Shown here: one piece after another, positions 26,330 to 39,420 of the stretch | Layout: each line of letters opens with the position of its first letter | Numbering within the stretch: position 1 is the stretch's first letter | NCBI RefSeq assembly: GCF_006345805.1 | Contig: NC_042999.1 | Span: 169,446,001 to 169,510,000 of the forward strand | DNA: 64,000 nucleotides | From: Octopus sinensis | Lineage: Eukaryota | Direction: 5' to 3' | The notes under the pieces: model-generated | Databases searched by the model: none | Told to the model about the DNA's origin: nothing | What the model saw: only the letters and a program-made list of their open reading frames with translations | Position numbers and translations under genes: made by a program

Positions 26330-27270
26330 TGACCTCAGTACTTGACTGCAACTTATTTTATTGCCCCCACCTCCCAAGAAGATACAAGACAGATTGAAAC
26401 CTAGCTGAATTCTAAGTCAAATTGAGTTAAAAATCATAAAGAGTCATAACTAAATACTGCTTGATATTTTATCTTTCATATGTTTGATTCTTCCATCCTT
26501 TGACCTCACATAATAATGAATTATGACATGGGAAAAAGCCACACATTTTACAGACATTTATAAAGACAGTACTTGTTTGATACTTTATTTTACCACCCTC
26601 ACCAGAAAGAAGCATGAAAGGCAAAGTTGACATCAGTAAGATTTGAGCTCACAATATAAAGGGACATAATAATTCTTTCTGCTATAACAACAAGACCTGA
26701 AGTTTTGGGATACCTATTTTATTGACTCAACTGGTACCTATTTTATTGACTCCAAAAAGAAAGAAAGGCAAAATCAGCCTTGGCAGAATTTGAACTCAGA
26801 CTGTATAGAGCCAGAAAAATACTACAAAGCATTTTTTTGTGATGCTGTAATGATTTTGCCAGCTTGCCACCTCAATGGCTCCACGTTTTGGTATGAGACC
26901 AGTAATTATTGGGGGAGGGAATTAGTCAATTACATTGATCCCAGTGCTGCTCAGTCTGAAAGGATGAAAGACAAAATCAACCTTGGCAGCATTTGAACTC
27001 AGAATATTGAGATCCAGAAGAAATGCCTGTAAGCATTTCATTCAATTCACTATCAAGTCTGTCAGTTTATCACCTTTTATAACAACGACAACAACAACAA
27101 TAATCCTATCTGCTATAGGCACAAAGCCTGAAATTTTGGGGGAAGGTGCTAGTCAATTTCATCAATCAGTGCTAATACTCATTTTATCAATCCCAAAAGG
27201 ATAAAATGCTAAGTCAGCTTTGGCAGAATTTGGACTCAGAATGTAAAGCCAAAAGAATACCACTAAGCAG
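26330..27270 (-). mobile_element. head-to-tail array of old diverged SINE family C copies
   Basis: Repeated ggtacttattttat..cccc..aggatgaaaggcaaagtcgac..ggcagaatttgaactcagaa blocks. Confidence 0.7.
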
Positions 27271-27301
27271 TTTGTTTCTGCCTGCTCACTACATTTATAA
27301 T

Positions 27302-27587
27302 CACGTGACTGAACAGACCATCAGATGTTGCTACACATCGCTGGTCACAATGTGTTCGCATTGTTTTAGCCTTCGAATGACGCCACCCCGCTGGCTAAGC
27401 GAGCAGGCCAACAGAAGAAAGAGTGAAAGAGTACAGCAGGGATCACCACCATCCCCTGCCGGAGCCTCGTGGAGCTTTTTAAGGTGTTTAAGCTCAATAA
27501 ACACATACAACGCCCAGTCTGGGAATCGAAACCGCGATCCTACGACCGCGAGTCCACTGCCCTAACCACTGGGCCATTGCGCCTCCA
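27302..27587 (-). mobile_element. tRNA-derived SINE (OR-like), alternative-tail subfamily, 10-bp TSD
   Basis: Same head as the 11005 copy but a different 3' half. TSD catttataat at 27292-27301 and 27588-27597. Confidence 0.85.
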
Positions 27588-27869
27588 CATTTATAATAAT
27601 GATGATAATAATTCTTTCTACTATAAACACAAAGCTTGAAACTTTGTGAAGGGGGCCAATTGATGACATTGACCAGTCTTCTACTGGTGCTTATTCTATC
27701 AGCTTTGACAGGATAAAAGGCAAAGTCGACTTTGGAAGCACTTGTGTCCAGAACATAAAACTAGAAGAAATGCCGCTAAGCATTTTATCCAGCATGCTAA
27801 CAATTCTGCCAGAATAATAAAAGATGAAAGACAATTCACTGGCTGTATCACACAACTACCATCTATGCT

Positions 27870-28180
27870 GGTGGCATGTAAAAAGCACTTTCAAGCATTG
27901 GGCCTCATGGAGGCAATGACAAATGACTGAAACTTTCAGCCACATGCTATACTTGAGTAGAAGACCCATCAAGCCAAGTGAAATTCTAGTTGTGGCAGAC
28001 ACTGGTGTCATGCAACTGGCATGTAAAAGCACGCAATACACTCTCAGAATGGTTGGCATTAGGACAGGCACCCAGCTGTAGAAACCATGCCAAATCAGAA
28101 TGGAGTCTGGTCAGCCCCTCAGCTTGCCTACCTTGGTCAAACCACCCAAGCCATGCCAGCATGGACGATGGACATTAAAT
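27870..28180 (+). mobile_element. older RTE-tailed SINE-like copy
   Basis: ggttggcattaggacaggcacccagctgtagaaacc...gcatggacgatggacattaa. Confidence 0.7.
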
Positions 28181-28749
28181 ATTGATGGTGAGGAGGAGGA
28201 GGATGATAATAAATGCCCTGATACATTACTAGGCACTAGCTCTTATGGCTTCTTATCTTGACTGATTGGAAGTGTTAAAATATACATGTTTTGTCTTGGT
28301 GTAAAAGATAGGCTACAACAAATATTCTGCTCACTACTAAAAGATTTGTTTGTCAGTCGCTGACTGTAACCAGTTGAGCATATCCATTAGTGGCTGATAT
28401 GTGCATGGTCATGAGCAGGAGTAGTGGGAGAGCATCATTTCCATGTTCTTTGGGGTTTGGATAATTGACCTCTGGAAACATGGGTGCGTCATTCATCATC
28501 CTTATTCAAGGACCTTTTGAGCATGATGAGCTACTTGACCTGAAGAAAATTCTGACTACACCCTACCTGCTAGGTCATGTGTTGTTAATCTTGGTCTGAG
28601 TTCACCCTGCTGGCACATATGGTTGTGATGCAATGTGCCTGGTGTACCCTTATAGTCATGATGGGTATATTGGGCATCATATATTTGTACCCCAGTGTCA
28701 CTTTGATGGCATGCGGTGCTCTCTTACTCGATAATAATGATGATGATTT

Positions 28750-30160
28750 CTTTTATTTGCCACCTGGGTGATGGATGATAGGGATGATACAAAGATAGAT
28801 TTAAGGTTTGGGGATTTACATAGAATTGAATGATAAAAAAATGTAAGCATAGACAGTTTACAATATAAAGAGAAAAAAGAAAGATATATCAGTATATATG
28901 GTATAGAATATTTAAAAAAAAAGGCATGGAAGTACTGTCAGAAAGTCCTGTCCAAGATGTGTACAGAATGATGAAAATTGTTCTGCATGCATTCTTTCAG
29001 CATCTGAGTATTGTTGTCATGTGTGGAATAGATCCAGCTGTCTGCTGAGTCCATGATGAGGAAGCCTTGATGCCCTACTGCTTTCTTTTAACCAGGCAGA
29101 GAAGGCAATTTTTCTTCTTGTGCTTCAAAAATACAATTCCAGTCACTCACTCACAAGATATTCCCAGAAATGCTTTTAGATGTTTGAAGAAATATGGTCT
29201 TCCAGCTCCTGTCAGGGCATAAACAGCCATCTACATTCACATCCTGGACCACCAGCTTACTGTCCAGGTTCAAGAAGATTACCCATACCTTATAATCCAA
29301 GGGTTTCCGAAACAACACTACCATCCTGCCAGTTGATTTCAGTAGATTACACAAGGAAATAAATCTCATAGTCATCAAAAATGGGACTTTAGTGTATGCT
29401 CTGCAAAGAACCTAGTTTCACTGATTGTTACTACAGCCACGTTAAGGAACCTGAAATCATTAAACAAATGACCTTGCTTCCAAATAAATCCCAGACTGCA
29501 TACATTTATATGCTCAACTCTGAGAACAGCCATATTTTTCAAAGACAAAAAAGAATTGTAAGGGGCCCTTTGTAGATTCAGCCTCCTCATTGGTGTAGGA
29601 AGAATTATTCAAAGGCCTACATAAGGTTTGTTTGTCTGCAAGATTTTTTTAATTTGGGGCAACCTTTTTTAAAATTGTTTTTCATCTTTATTGTGACACA
29701 TCTTTTTTCCTCCTTACATGATAAGGTTTCTGCATCCATTTAATTTGTGTTAGGAGTAAGATGTGGATCTCTAAGTGTGTGTGTAATTGATTCTCTGAGT
29801 TAGTGGACTTACAGATGAGTGATAACTCTCCTGCCTGTAAGGATGGTAATTGCTGAATAACTGATTCATTGTTCACTATGCTCATCTCTACCGTTACTTT
29901 TCTTGTGGCTGTTTTTCAATGCATTTCCTGATATTGAGGTTGTTGCTGCTGTCATCGTACATGGAAGTTTGTGTTTTTCTTGCTGCTGTTAGTCAGCTTT
30001 TCTCCAGCTTTGTTTTGTTGTTGTGAGCAGAAGTCTTTTAAATGGGAGTTGCAAATGTGGCATTTTGGTTTTCTGCTTTCTACCATGTCCCAGAATTGTA
30101 CCTTGTTCAACCAGGGTATTCAGGCCTCTAATTTCTACACATGCCACCACCTACCAGATG
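28750..30160 (-). mobile_element. internally deleted Tx1/L1-like LINE (ORF1 end, APE start, 3' end)
   Basis: MAVLRVEHINVCSL...VVTISETRF (APE domain I/II) and GRMVVLFRKPLD. Confidence 0.7.
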
Positions 30161-31447
30161 TCTAAGTCTTGTGTGTCTGTGTGTTTAACTTCCCGGCACA
30201 TCTCCTCCTAGCCAACAAATCGTAGAACCACCAAAAATGGGTCACTTAAAGTTTAGGCGAATGAAAATTGAACTGCGCTATTTCTTATTTCTTTATTGCC
30301 CACAAGGGGCTAAACACAGAGGGGACAAACACGGACAGACAAAGGGATTAAGTCGATTACATTGACCCCAGTGCGTAACTGGTACTTATTTAATCGACCC
30401 CGAAAGGATGAAAGGCTAAGTCGACCTCGGCGGAATTTGAACTCAGAACGTAACAGCAGACGAAATACCTCTAAGCATTTTGCCCGGCGTGCTAACGATT
30501 CTGCGCTATTTCTGTTCCGAAATTCATCTTGCAAGTGCAAAAATCGATAATGTATTTGTTTAGGCCTTATCCCATGCATTGAATTGTGAACTTTACTCAG
30601 TCAGCTGTTTGACGTGAACTGTGTTCACCACGCGTGCAAGCATGCGTAAATTGCATGAAAAATAAAAAATCAAGATATAAAAAAGAATCGCCGTAAACAT
30701 TGTAGAAATTCGGCCAAGAAATGAATTTTCGGGATGTAGCCTGGAGGGTTTTTTTGTATTAATCGTTTGGACTTTGTGAACACATACCAATTGTTTTCAT
30801 AACATTTTTAACGCTTTAAATTAAATGTGACCATTTTGTGTTGAGTTTGCAGTTTGAATCACTTTAACCAAATTTTAGCAGGCCGGATTTTTGATCATCA
30901 CGATACATCGCCAGCGACTCCCTGAAACTCACCCCTGAAATCCCCGTTGAGAAATCTATATATATAAAACTCAACTTGTGTGTCTGTGTGTGTGTCTGTG
31001 TGTTTAACTTTTGGATCTACCAAGTTTCATTATTAAGGATGGAAAGTAGTGTGTAGCAAATCTCTATATATAAAGCTGAAGTTGTCTGTGTGTGGCAGGT
31101 TTGGTAGCCTTCAACTAACACTATCTCCTTCGAGACCCTGCAGTGCAAGTTGACCAAAATTGAGAGTATGATAGAAGAAGGCTTGGTCTTCATTCTGTAG
31201 AAAATAAAATTCAAATCGGACTATATTAACACCAAAAATTATTTACATCGAAAAGGTGCTTTTTTTCTATGAAAATCCCTATTTTTTACGATTTTTGACT
31301 GCTGTCACCATTTTTCGATGTATTTCAACTGGAAAAATGTTCACTTGAAGAGAATAACAAGTTGCATAATGCAAAATTTTTACTTTTCAAAAATTCCAAT
31401 TCTAAAAGGTCAAAACAAACCCAAGCAACACCGGGTGATACTGCTAG
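30160..31447 (+). mobile_element. cluster of tandem or nested non-autonomous Helitrons; complete copy at 31061-31447
   Basis: Repeated TC...tgtgtgtctgtgtg heads at ~30160, 30955 and 31061. The last ends with a cccaagcaacaccggg hairpin and CTAG|T. Confidence 0.7.
30286..30504 (-). mobile_element. young SINE family C copy with TSD
   Basis: Clean consensus gcagaatcgttagcacgccgggc...gaggtcgacttagcctttcatcctttcggggtcg. TSD gctatttct at 30277-30285 and 30505-30513. Confidence 0.85.
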
Positions 31448-31659
31448 TGACTAATATTTTGATTTTTATCACACACAATTCCTCATGTTTGCCCTGGACA
31501 ATTGATGTTTCTGTGCAAAGGATTCTGTGAGGAATCTCACTTTCAAAGAGTCATATTGTGTCTGTGTGTGTATCTGTTACAAAGTTTACGTCAATCCATA
31601 ATGTCTTTAAACATTTTTTGACTTTGATGTGTAAAGCATTAAAACCCCACCTAATTTTT

Positions 31660-32200
31660 AATCATCATCATCATCATCATTTAGCGTCCGCTTTCCATGC
31701 TAGCATGGGTTGGACGGGTCAACTGGGGTCTGTGAAGCTGGAAGGCTTCGTCAGGCCCAGTCAGATCTGGCAGTGTTTCTATGGCTGGATGCCCATCCTA
31801 ACGCCAACCACTCCGCGAGTGTAGTGGGTGTTTTTTACGTGCCACCTGCACAGGTGCTAGACAGAGCTGGCAAACAGCCACGAACGGACGGTGCTTTTAC
31901 GTGTCACCGGCACGGGGGCCAGCCGAGGCTGGCAACGAACACGAACGGATGGTGCTTTTACGTGTCACCGCACGGGGCCAGGCGAGGCTGTCAACGAACA
32001 CGAACGGATGGTGCTTTTACGTGCCACCGACACGGGGCCAGACAGAGCTGGCAGCGGACACGAATGGATGGGTCACTTAACCCCTGCTTTCTGATATATG
32101 ATTTGATTTTGATTGTTCTCACTGGTCTTGCCGGGTCTTCTGACGCACAGCATACTTCCATAGGTCTCGGCATAAAATAGTTCTTTTGGCAGTCGTTTCC
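31660..32200 (-). mobile_element. RTE-tailed SINE-like copy with ~5 tandem units, plus RTE LINE 3' fragment
   Basis: (cat)n tail at 31665-31680 and repeated acggatggtgcttttacgtg units. Confidence 0.8.
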
Positions 32201-32577
32201 ATCAATTCTGAAGGAATGGCAATGTCAGCTTCTCTTTCTTCTGCTTCAATCAAGGAGACTTTCTCCAGAAACCTTGTTACTCCTACAAATGAGTGACTTT
32301 TGTTGTTGATGTCGTTGTTGTTGGAGGAGATGGTGTTGTAGCAACATCTGTGGCTGTGGATAAAGTTGCAACCCTAAAAAGTTGTGAAGATGATGTCTAT
32401 GTTGTTGTTGCGGTCGATTGGCGGCAAAGGTGGAAATTCATTGTTGTTGTTACTGTTGCTGCTGCAGTCATTTTTTTCTATTTTCCATGTTGCTGTTGTT
32501 GATCCTGCTGTCTACTTTGGGATGAGATGACACAGATTTGCTTTGTTTCAGCAGCAAGGCCGACTAGTATTTCTTCT

Positions 32578-32608
<31 letters not shown>

Positions 32609-33169
32609 TTTCTTCTTCTCCTCCTCCTCCTGTTCCCCCCTCCCCAGCCCCTCTCCCTCCTCCATCATCATCATCATAACAACAACAACAACAACATTAA
32701 TGTTACTCTCTTCCATTTCTGCCCTTCTCACATTGATGTACTTTCTTCCTTTAATGATTATTATTGAATCCATGATGAAAAATGAAAGGAAGATAAACTT
32801 TCCTATTATATGATGCAAAACTTAAATCAGAAAGTCCCTCAAGAAATGCAGGTCTTTATACAAAAAAGAAGCTCATAAGCAATTAGTAGCTCACTTCTTT
32901 TCTATGTTTATACAAAAATGAAATGGAAACAGTGAATTTCAGGATAAAAACATGAATTTGTTGACAAATTTTCTGGAACCAAAGTTAAGCATGGCTTACT
33001 AGAATGCCAGTAGCAGCTGCAACAACAACAACAACAATAATAATAGTGGTGATGGTGGTTATCTGCATTTTCTCTAGCTACCCTGTGTTAGCCAAGAAAA
33101 AAAGAACATGAAGTCATGACTGAACTAGGTCTTACATACACTGGAAGTAATGCTAGTATTATGAAATAC

Positions 33170-33380
33170 CAACAGAAAAGAGATTGCGTAGATATATACC
33201 AAAAAGGTCTCTGAGAATGGCAAAGCAGCCATGCTCTGGGATATGCCATTGCACACTGACCGGGAGCTCAAGGCTCACTGGTCAGATATTCTCATGTACA
33301 ACCAGGAAAAAATTCCTCCCTCAGTCCCAGCAGATGATAATAAATCTCTAAAAGAGATGGAGAAATTATCCAAATAATAA
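33170..33380 (+). mobile_element. RLE non-LTR endonuclease fragment
   Basis: LWDMPLHTDRELKAHWSDIL...PADDNKSLKEMEKLSK (PD-D/ExK-like). Confidence 0.65.
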
Positions 33381-33920
33381 TAATAATAAAAATTCCTGAA
33401 ATTTGTGGGGATGGGGATAGTTGATTACATCAACCCCAGTGTTCAGCTGGTACTCATGTTATCAACCCCAAAAAGAGGAAAGGCAAAGTTGACCTCAGTG
33501 GAATTTGAACTCAGCATGTAAATCCAAAAGAAATTCCACTAAGCATTTTGTTCAGTGCCTAAAATGTGGGAATGGGGGTTAGTTGATACCATTGATGCCA
33601 ATACTTGATTGGTATCAACCCCAAAAGAAAGAAAGACAAAAAGGCTTAAACTCAGAATGTAAAGAGGGATAACAAATACTTCAAAGCATTTTATCTGACA
33701 ATTTAATGACCGTTACCAGTACTATCGATAATGCTTTAATTATGAAATTTTCTAAGACCCGAGATTTGAGAGGAGGAAGGATTAGTTTATATATCAGTCC
33801 AGGTACTTAACTGGTACTTTATTTTATCAACCCCAAAAAGATGAAAAGCAAAATTGGCCTCAGCAGGATTTGAACTCATAAAAGTTTGAATAAATACTGC
33901 AAGGTATTTTGTCCAACATT
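33380..33920 (-). mobile_element. tandem old SINE family C copies
   Basis: Three degenerate repeats of the ggtact...caacccc...aggcaaagttgacctc...atttgaactcag block. Confidence 0.65.
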
Positions 33921-34366
33921 CTAACAACTCTGTTGCTCTGTTGCCAATGATAATAAATTTGTCTTTGGATAATTATTTTAAAGAGACCTTTTGGGTTGTT
34001 AAAATAAGTATCAGTAAGTAATGGGGTCAATGTAATTGACTTGTACCCTTCCTTGGAATTGCTGGTCTTGTGCCAAATTTTGAAATCAATATGAAGATTG
34101 ATTTAGAGTAAAATTGAAGTTAAAGAAAGCTTGTATTTACCAACTGGATTTTGAGATTTTATTATTACTATATTTTCCTCGTATGCAGTGGAGCTGAATC
34201 ATATATTTTCTTCGTCTGTTTACTTACAGAATGCTCATTACTTTAACAATAAACAAATGAACATTAATTACACATTAATTACTCCACATGGCATATGAAG
34301 TAATCTATAAACATGTGTGTATCTTACTGTGAAAATTTGGAATGTTGAGGTTCAAAAAGCATGTAA

Positions 34367-35090
34367 CCCTTTCGTTACTATATTTCTGACCAAAATACAC
34401 CCCTCATGAGTTTCAATTAAATTCTAAAATAATCATGAAGTTAGGCTTGTTTCATTAAATAACTGTAACTTTTTTACTTATCAACATATTAATGTGATAT
34501 TTGGAACATAATTAAAGAAAGGGTTCTTAATCAATTCTATTGCATAACTTTTGTCTCAAAGTGACTTTAATTACAGGTAAATCCAGGTAAATTGAGCAAA
34601 AGGTAAAAAATTAAAATTTTGTTTAAACATCACCATAGAAAATGAATCATCAGCTAATATTCAAATGGGTATGCAACAAAATTTTGATAAAGAAGAATTG
34701 TGCATATCACTAGATCCTCAGTTGAATTTAATGCACAACAGGTGTACCATAAAGGTGGAATAAACTGAAATACTGGAATCCACCGCAAGTTTGACCGAAC
34801 TAAAGAAATCGGTCAAAAAGGAATCCACCGCAAGTTTGACCGAACTAAAGAAATCGGTCAAAAATAATATACGGCCCTGGTTATGGTGTGGAAGCGATAA
34901 ATTCCAGACCACATCGTTCCCTAGGCCATGCTGACTAACATTATTTTCTCTGTATAAAAACTAAATCCACGCAGTACCCAGTAATTTGCTTCACAAATTT
35001 TCCGAAATTTGAACCCCCATTTTGTGTTTGTTTACATTCTGCGTAAGTTTGTTTCCGCATTGATTGCTTCAAAGTTAAATTGGCAAGTTA
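34367..35090. mobile_element. piggyBac-like non-autonomous element end with a 45-bp subterminal tandem repeat (34775-34864)
   Basis: Begins taaccctttcgttac. Carries two identical 45-bp units, each with a tttgaccga/tcggtcaaa stem. Confidence 0.5.
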
Positions 35091-35142
35091 TGAAAATACA
35101 TTTAGTCATTAGTGTTTATACATTTATTTATATTTTTTTCAG

Positions 35143-35199
35143 CAAAGCAGTTCAGTTACCTATCAGAACATGAAGTAGCTCGTATGAAACAATATGAAG
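35143..35199 (+). CDS. scrib: scribble homolog exon (T)KQFSYLSEHEVARMKQYE, phase 1 to 1
   Basis: tttttttcag acceptor, gtaatc donor, 57 nt. Resembles Drosophila Scrib FSFLSKDEVEKLRQEEE (recalled). Confidence 0.88.
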
Positions 35200-35809
35200 G
35201 TAATCGTTTCATCTGTCAATTGTGTGTGTGTGTGTGTGTAGCTTTGATGCTTTGATGCTCTGATGAGTTACTTGCGAATCCATTTTCTAATCTAGTTTCA
35301 AATTCTCAGTTGAGGCTGTCGCATTTTTATTATTGATTCCTGTGGAAAAGGCAGAAATATCACAACCTCCTGTTATGATCTAAAATCTGGAGAGCATGGA
35401 CGTGTATGCACATATGCACAAAAATAGAGCAGTCGATGAGAGAATTGTTAGAGCTTTGAACAAACTTTCGTTCATCTGTTCAGGTTATTTCTTCTGCAGC
35501 TTTGCTTTTTATTCTTTTGAGTTGGATGAAAAGGATGGCAGCACCAATCAAAGACTGGATTTGGCTACAGAGCAAGAACTGGTGTCCATAAGGCAACCCA
35601 ACATCGTCTTCAACTTCATTACAGCAATTCCCGTGGTGACACTTGTACCATACTGTAGCAGTCCTTGCCCTTTCCTTGGATGACATCTCTGGTATGGAAA
35701 GAGAAGAGCTGCTGTATAGGCACCTTACCCATGCTCTACCAACACATACTCAAGTAATACAGATCCATCCACTCAGAAATGTTTTTACATTTATATACAA
35801 GATACAAGA

Positions 35810-36131
35810 TATGTGCAGGTGACACGTAAAAAGCACCGTCCGATCGTGGCCGTTTGCCAGCCTCATCTGGCACCTGTGCAGGTGGCACGTAAAAAGCACC
35901 ATCCGACCGTGGCCATTTGCCAGCCCCGCCTGGCACCTGTGCAGGTGGCACATAAAAAGCACCTACTACACTCACGGAGTGGTTGGCGTTAGGAAGGGCA
36001 TCTAGCTGTAGAAACACTACCAGATCAGACTGGGCCTGATGCAGCCTTCTGGCTTCCCAGATCCCAGTTGAACCGTCCAACCCATGCCAGCATGGAAAAC
36101 GGACGCTAAACGATGATGATGATGATGATGA
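35810..36131 (+). mobile_element. RTE-tailed SINE-like copy
   Basis: Three tandem units, body and (gat)n tail. Confidence 0.85.
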
Positions 36132-36719
36132 TACATGACAGTAAACATCAGAAAATAATAAGCTCACATCAAGATATGTTCAGAACTCATATATAACACA
36201 CTTCTAGACCATCACTTTTGGAATGACTAAACCTTACTATATCTGATGGCATTTCATAGCAAATGCATGCATCACACACACGCACACACACACAGGTAGA
36301 TAGGTGAAACTGTGGATGTGTGGTAAGAAGTTTACATCCCATGCACATAATTTTGGGTTCAGTCCCACTGCATGGTACCTTGGGCATGTGGCTATTATTA
36401 GGACAGCCAAAGGCTTGTGAGCAGATTTGGTAGATGGAAACTGAAAGAAACTCTGTATGTGTGTGTGAGTGTGTGTGTGTGTGTGTGCGTGCATGTGTGT
36501 GTGTGTGTTACTGTTTCCTTGCTTTAACTTCACATGATAATTGTAAAAGAATTTTTTGGTATTTATATAATATATAAGTTTTATTTAAATATCACAAATT
36601 ATAATAGGAACTTAATAGTATTTATATGTATTTGAGTATAAATAAGTTATTTAATCTTATTGATGAATGATTAATAATGATTAGTGAAATTTATGTTATT
36701 TAATTGTATTTATTGTTAT

Positions 36720-37200
36720 TAATCATCATCATCATCATCATCATCGTTTAGTGTCCGCTTTCCATGCTGGCATGGGTTGGACAGTGCAACTGGGGTCTGG
36801 GAAGCCAGAAGGCTGCACCAGGCCCAGTCTGATCTGGCAATGTTTCTACGGCTGGATACCCTTCCTAATGCCAACCACTCCATGAGTGTAGTGGGTGCTT
36901 TTTACGTGCCACCAGCACAGGTGCCAGGCGAGGCTGGCAAACGGCCACGGTCGGATGGTACTTTATACGTGCCACCGGCACGGAGAGCAAGGTGAGGCTG
37001 GCAAACGGCCACAATCGGATGGTGCTTTTTACGTGCCACCGGCACGGAGAGCAAGGCGAGGCTGGCAAACGGCCACGATCGGGTGGTGCTTTATATGTGC
37101 CACCGGCATGGAAGCCAGTCGGGGCGGCGCTGGCAACGGCCACGTTCGGATGGTTCTCTTATGTGCCACCGGCACTGGTATCACAGCTACAATTTCCATT
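36720..37200 (-). mobile_element. RTE-tailed SINE-like copy, inverted relative to the 35810 copy
   Basis: (cat)n tail, body and ~5 tandem units. Confidence 0.85.
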
Positions 37201-37279
37201 GATGTTGATCGATTTTTATTTTTTATTTTTTTTATTTTTTTTTTATTTTCACTTGCCTCAACAGGTCTTCACAAGTAGA

Positions 37280-37510
37280 GTTTTGTGTCCCAAGAAGGAA
37301 AGGTATGCATAAGTGGACTGAGGCCATGGGTTATGAACTCACTTGTTCTGCTGAGTCTTCTCATGCACAGCATACTTCCAAAGGTCTCGGTCTCTAGTCA
37401 TTTCCTCGGTGAGACCTAAAGTTCGAAGGTCGTGCATCACCACCTCATTCCAGGTTTTCCTGGGTCTGCCTCTTCCACAGGTTCCCTCAACTGCCAGGGT
37501 GTAGCACTTT
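37280..37510 (-). mobile_element. RTE LINE C-terminal fragment
   Basis: Minus strand reads GRGRPRKTWNEVVMHDLRTLGLTEEMTRDRDLWKYAVHEKT. Confidence 0.75.
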
Positions 37511-38119
37511 AATATTATTTATATTTAATGATGTTTATTTATATTATTGCTTGTAATGATATTATGTTTAAATATATTATTTATTGTTGTTATTATGTGT
37601 TGAGATTGATTTTAGTATGTGTTGCTTTAGAATATTAAGTAATAATAGTTGAAGCAGTGTCCTTCATTGTCAATCTTCCTTGAAAACTTGTCTAGTTATG
37701 GAGAAATATTACCTTTTTTGGGAAGCAGGTGAGGGTTGACAACAGGAAGGGCATCTGGCTGTAGAAAAATTCACCTCAACAAATTCCATCCAACCCATGT
37801 GAGCATGGGAAAGTGGTCGTTAAATTGATGATGAGAATGATGATGATATTATATATGTCATTTTCATCATCATCATCATTTAATGTCTGTTTTCCATGCT
37901 AGCATGAGTTAGACAAATACATACATACATATACATACATACATACATACATACATACATACATACATACCCACCCCCCACCTTCCCTCCAAGCAGCTAT
38001 AAAATCACTGCTTCTTGTTTTAGTTACAGTTCAAGCTAGAGTTTTAGGTGGTAAGTCAGCTTGATCACTTATTGTATATACCTATTACATTATGCTATTA
38101 AACAGAATGTTACCTGAAC

Positions 38120-38151
<32 letters not shown>

Positions 38152-38203
38152 TTACTCTTGTTGCAATTGTTATAATGTCTTTTAAAAAATTCTAATTTGG
38201 TAG

Positions 38204-38291
38204 AACAAAAAGCTTCCAATATGTCACATGAGGAACTTCTGGAATATATGTCACCTTACCAAGAGACAGAATATAACCAAGTTCTTGCTAG
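38204..38291 (+). CDS. scrib: scribble homolog exon (E)QKASNMSHEELLEYMSPYQETEYNQVLA, phase 1 to 2
   Basis: ttggtag acceptor and strong AG|gtaaga donor. It is the only good candidate I found that bridges the phase-1 end of the 35143 exon to the phase-2 start of the 55818 exon, and it continues KQYE-EQK. Confidence 0.8.
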
Positions 38292-38716
38292 GTAAGACCA
38301 TATTTTTAATGACTCACTATTTAACATTTCTAATTTTAAACTCTTTTTTTAAAAGGTTTTGTAATTTTATTTTGAATTTTCACTTAGAAAATCTCAATAT
38401 TTTGGCATTAAAATTTTAAGGCTATCAGTAAAAGGTACCGTTGTATATTTCCATTATTAACACTGCAAGGACTAAAAGAAGATAAATTCACCTTGTTTTT
38501 AGTTAGCAATAAAACTTTGTATAATGGACAAGTGTTTCGTTACTGATCTCAAATCCTTCCATGAGAACCCAAAAGTAATCCATCATCCTTTTCTATGCCA
38601 TCCCAGTAAATCAATGGATTATGGGATGTTAATTTATGTATCAGTAAGGCAGATAGTCTTTCCTAATTATGGCCTTCAAAGCTATTGGAAGAAGAGATCC
38701 CTTACTTGAAAGCCAG

Positions 38717-38936
38717 TTAACCCTTTCATTACTGTATTTAATTTGAGATGTTCTGTGTTTATTTCACTTAATTTTGAATATAACAAAGAATTTAGTAAAA
38801 TAACGTAATTATCATTAAGCTAGTGTTTGGAACATAAATTGTGACTAAGGTTTGGTGGAAAATTTTTATTCAAAACTTATGAAAACAAGACATTTGTACT
38901 ACAAAGCCAAAGCCGGTTTTGTAACGAAAGGGTTAA
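38717..38936. mobile_element. piggyBac-like MITE family 2, opposite orientation to the 26021 copy
   Basis: TTAA|ccctttc...gaaaggg|TTAA; reverse-complement of the 26021 copy. Confidence 0.85.
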
Positions 38937-39408
38937 GGTGTAATGTCAGAAAGAGCATCCAACTGTTAAGCATTGCCTCAATAAACAAACACTATACTGG
39001 AATAGTTCTACCGATACTGGAGACTATCCTTAGCATTAATTGATAAGTCATAATTCTCTATAGTTCTGTTGAGTGAATGATAATGTATATTCTTCAATGT
39101 AATACAAGTTGATACAATTCAATTCCTGCCTGAGCAATTACATTTGACTCATATCTTATTCTTGTGATTTTCAAACTCATTCAATAGTATGATGTCCCAA
39201 AAACTCCATAAGGGTTACACAAAATTTTTAGATGTTCCCTTCAAATGAGTGGTGTTTTTGTCACCTTTTATTATCCCCAATCATTTTCAAAGCTAAATTC
39301 TTGTCAGTTTACCTTTCGTTTTCTTACCCTTAAATTGCATGAACCAGAAATGAACACGTGGTTAATATGTTCTCTATTTTTTGCTTTTCCTTCTCTTTTC
39401 CACTACAG

Positions 39409-39420
39409 CCTTGATCTTAG
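39409..39420 (+). CDS. scrib: candidate 12-nt microexon (adds LDLS), phase 2 to 2
   Basis: ttttttgcttttccttctcttttccactacag|CCTTGATCTTAG|gtattt. In frame with both flanking exons. Confidence 0.6.

Noticed and set aside
35260-35280. CTGATGA hammerhead half-core
   Set aside because: No stem II and it is followed by GAAT rather than GAAA.
35396-35683. 95-aa + strand ORF inside the scrib intron
   Set aside because: Its open frame is incompatible with the phase-1 intron. It is possibly an old LINE relic.
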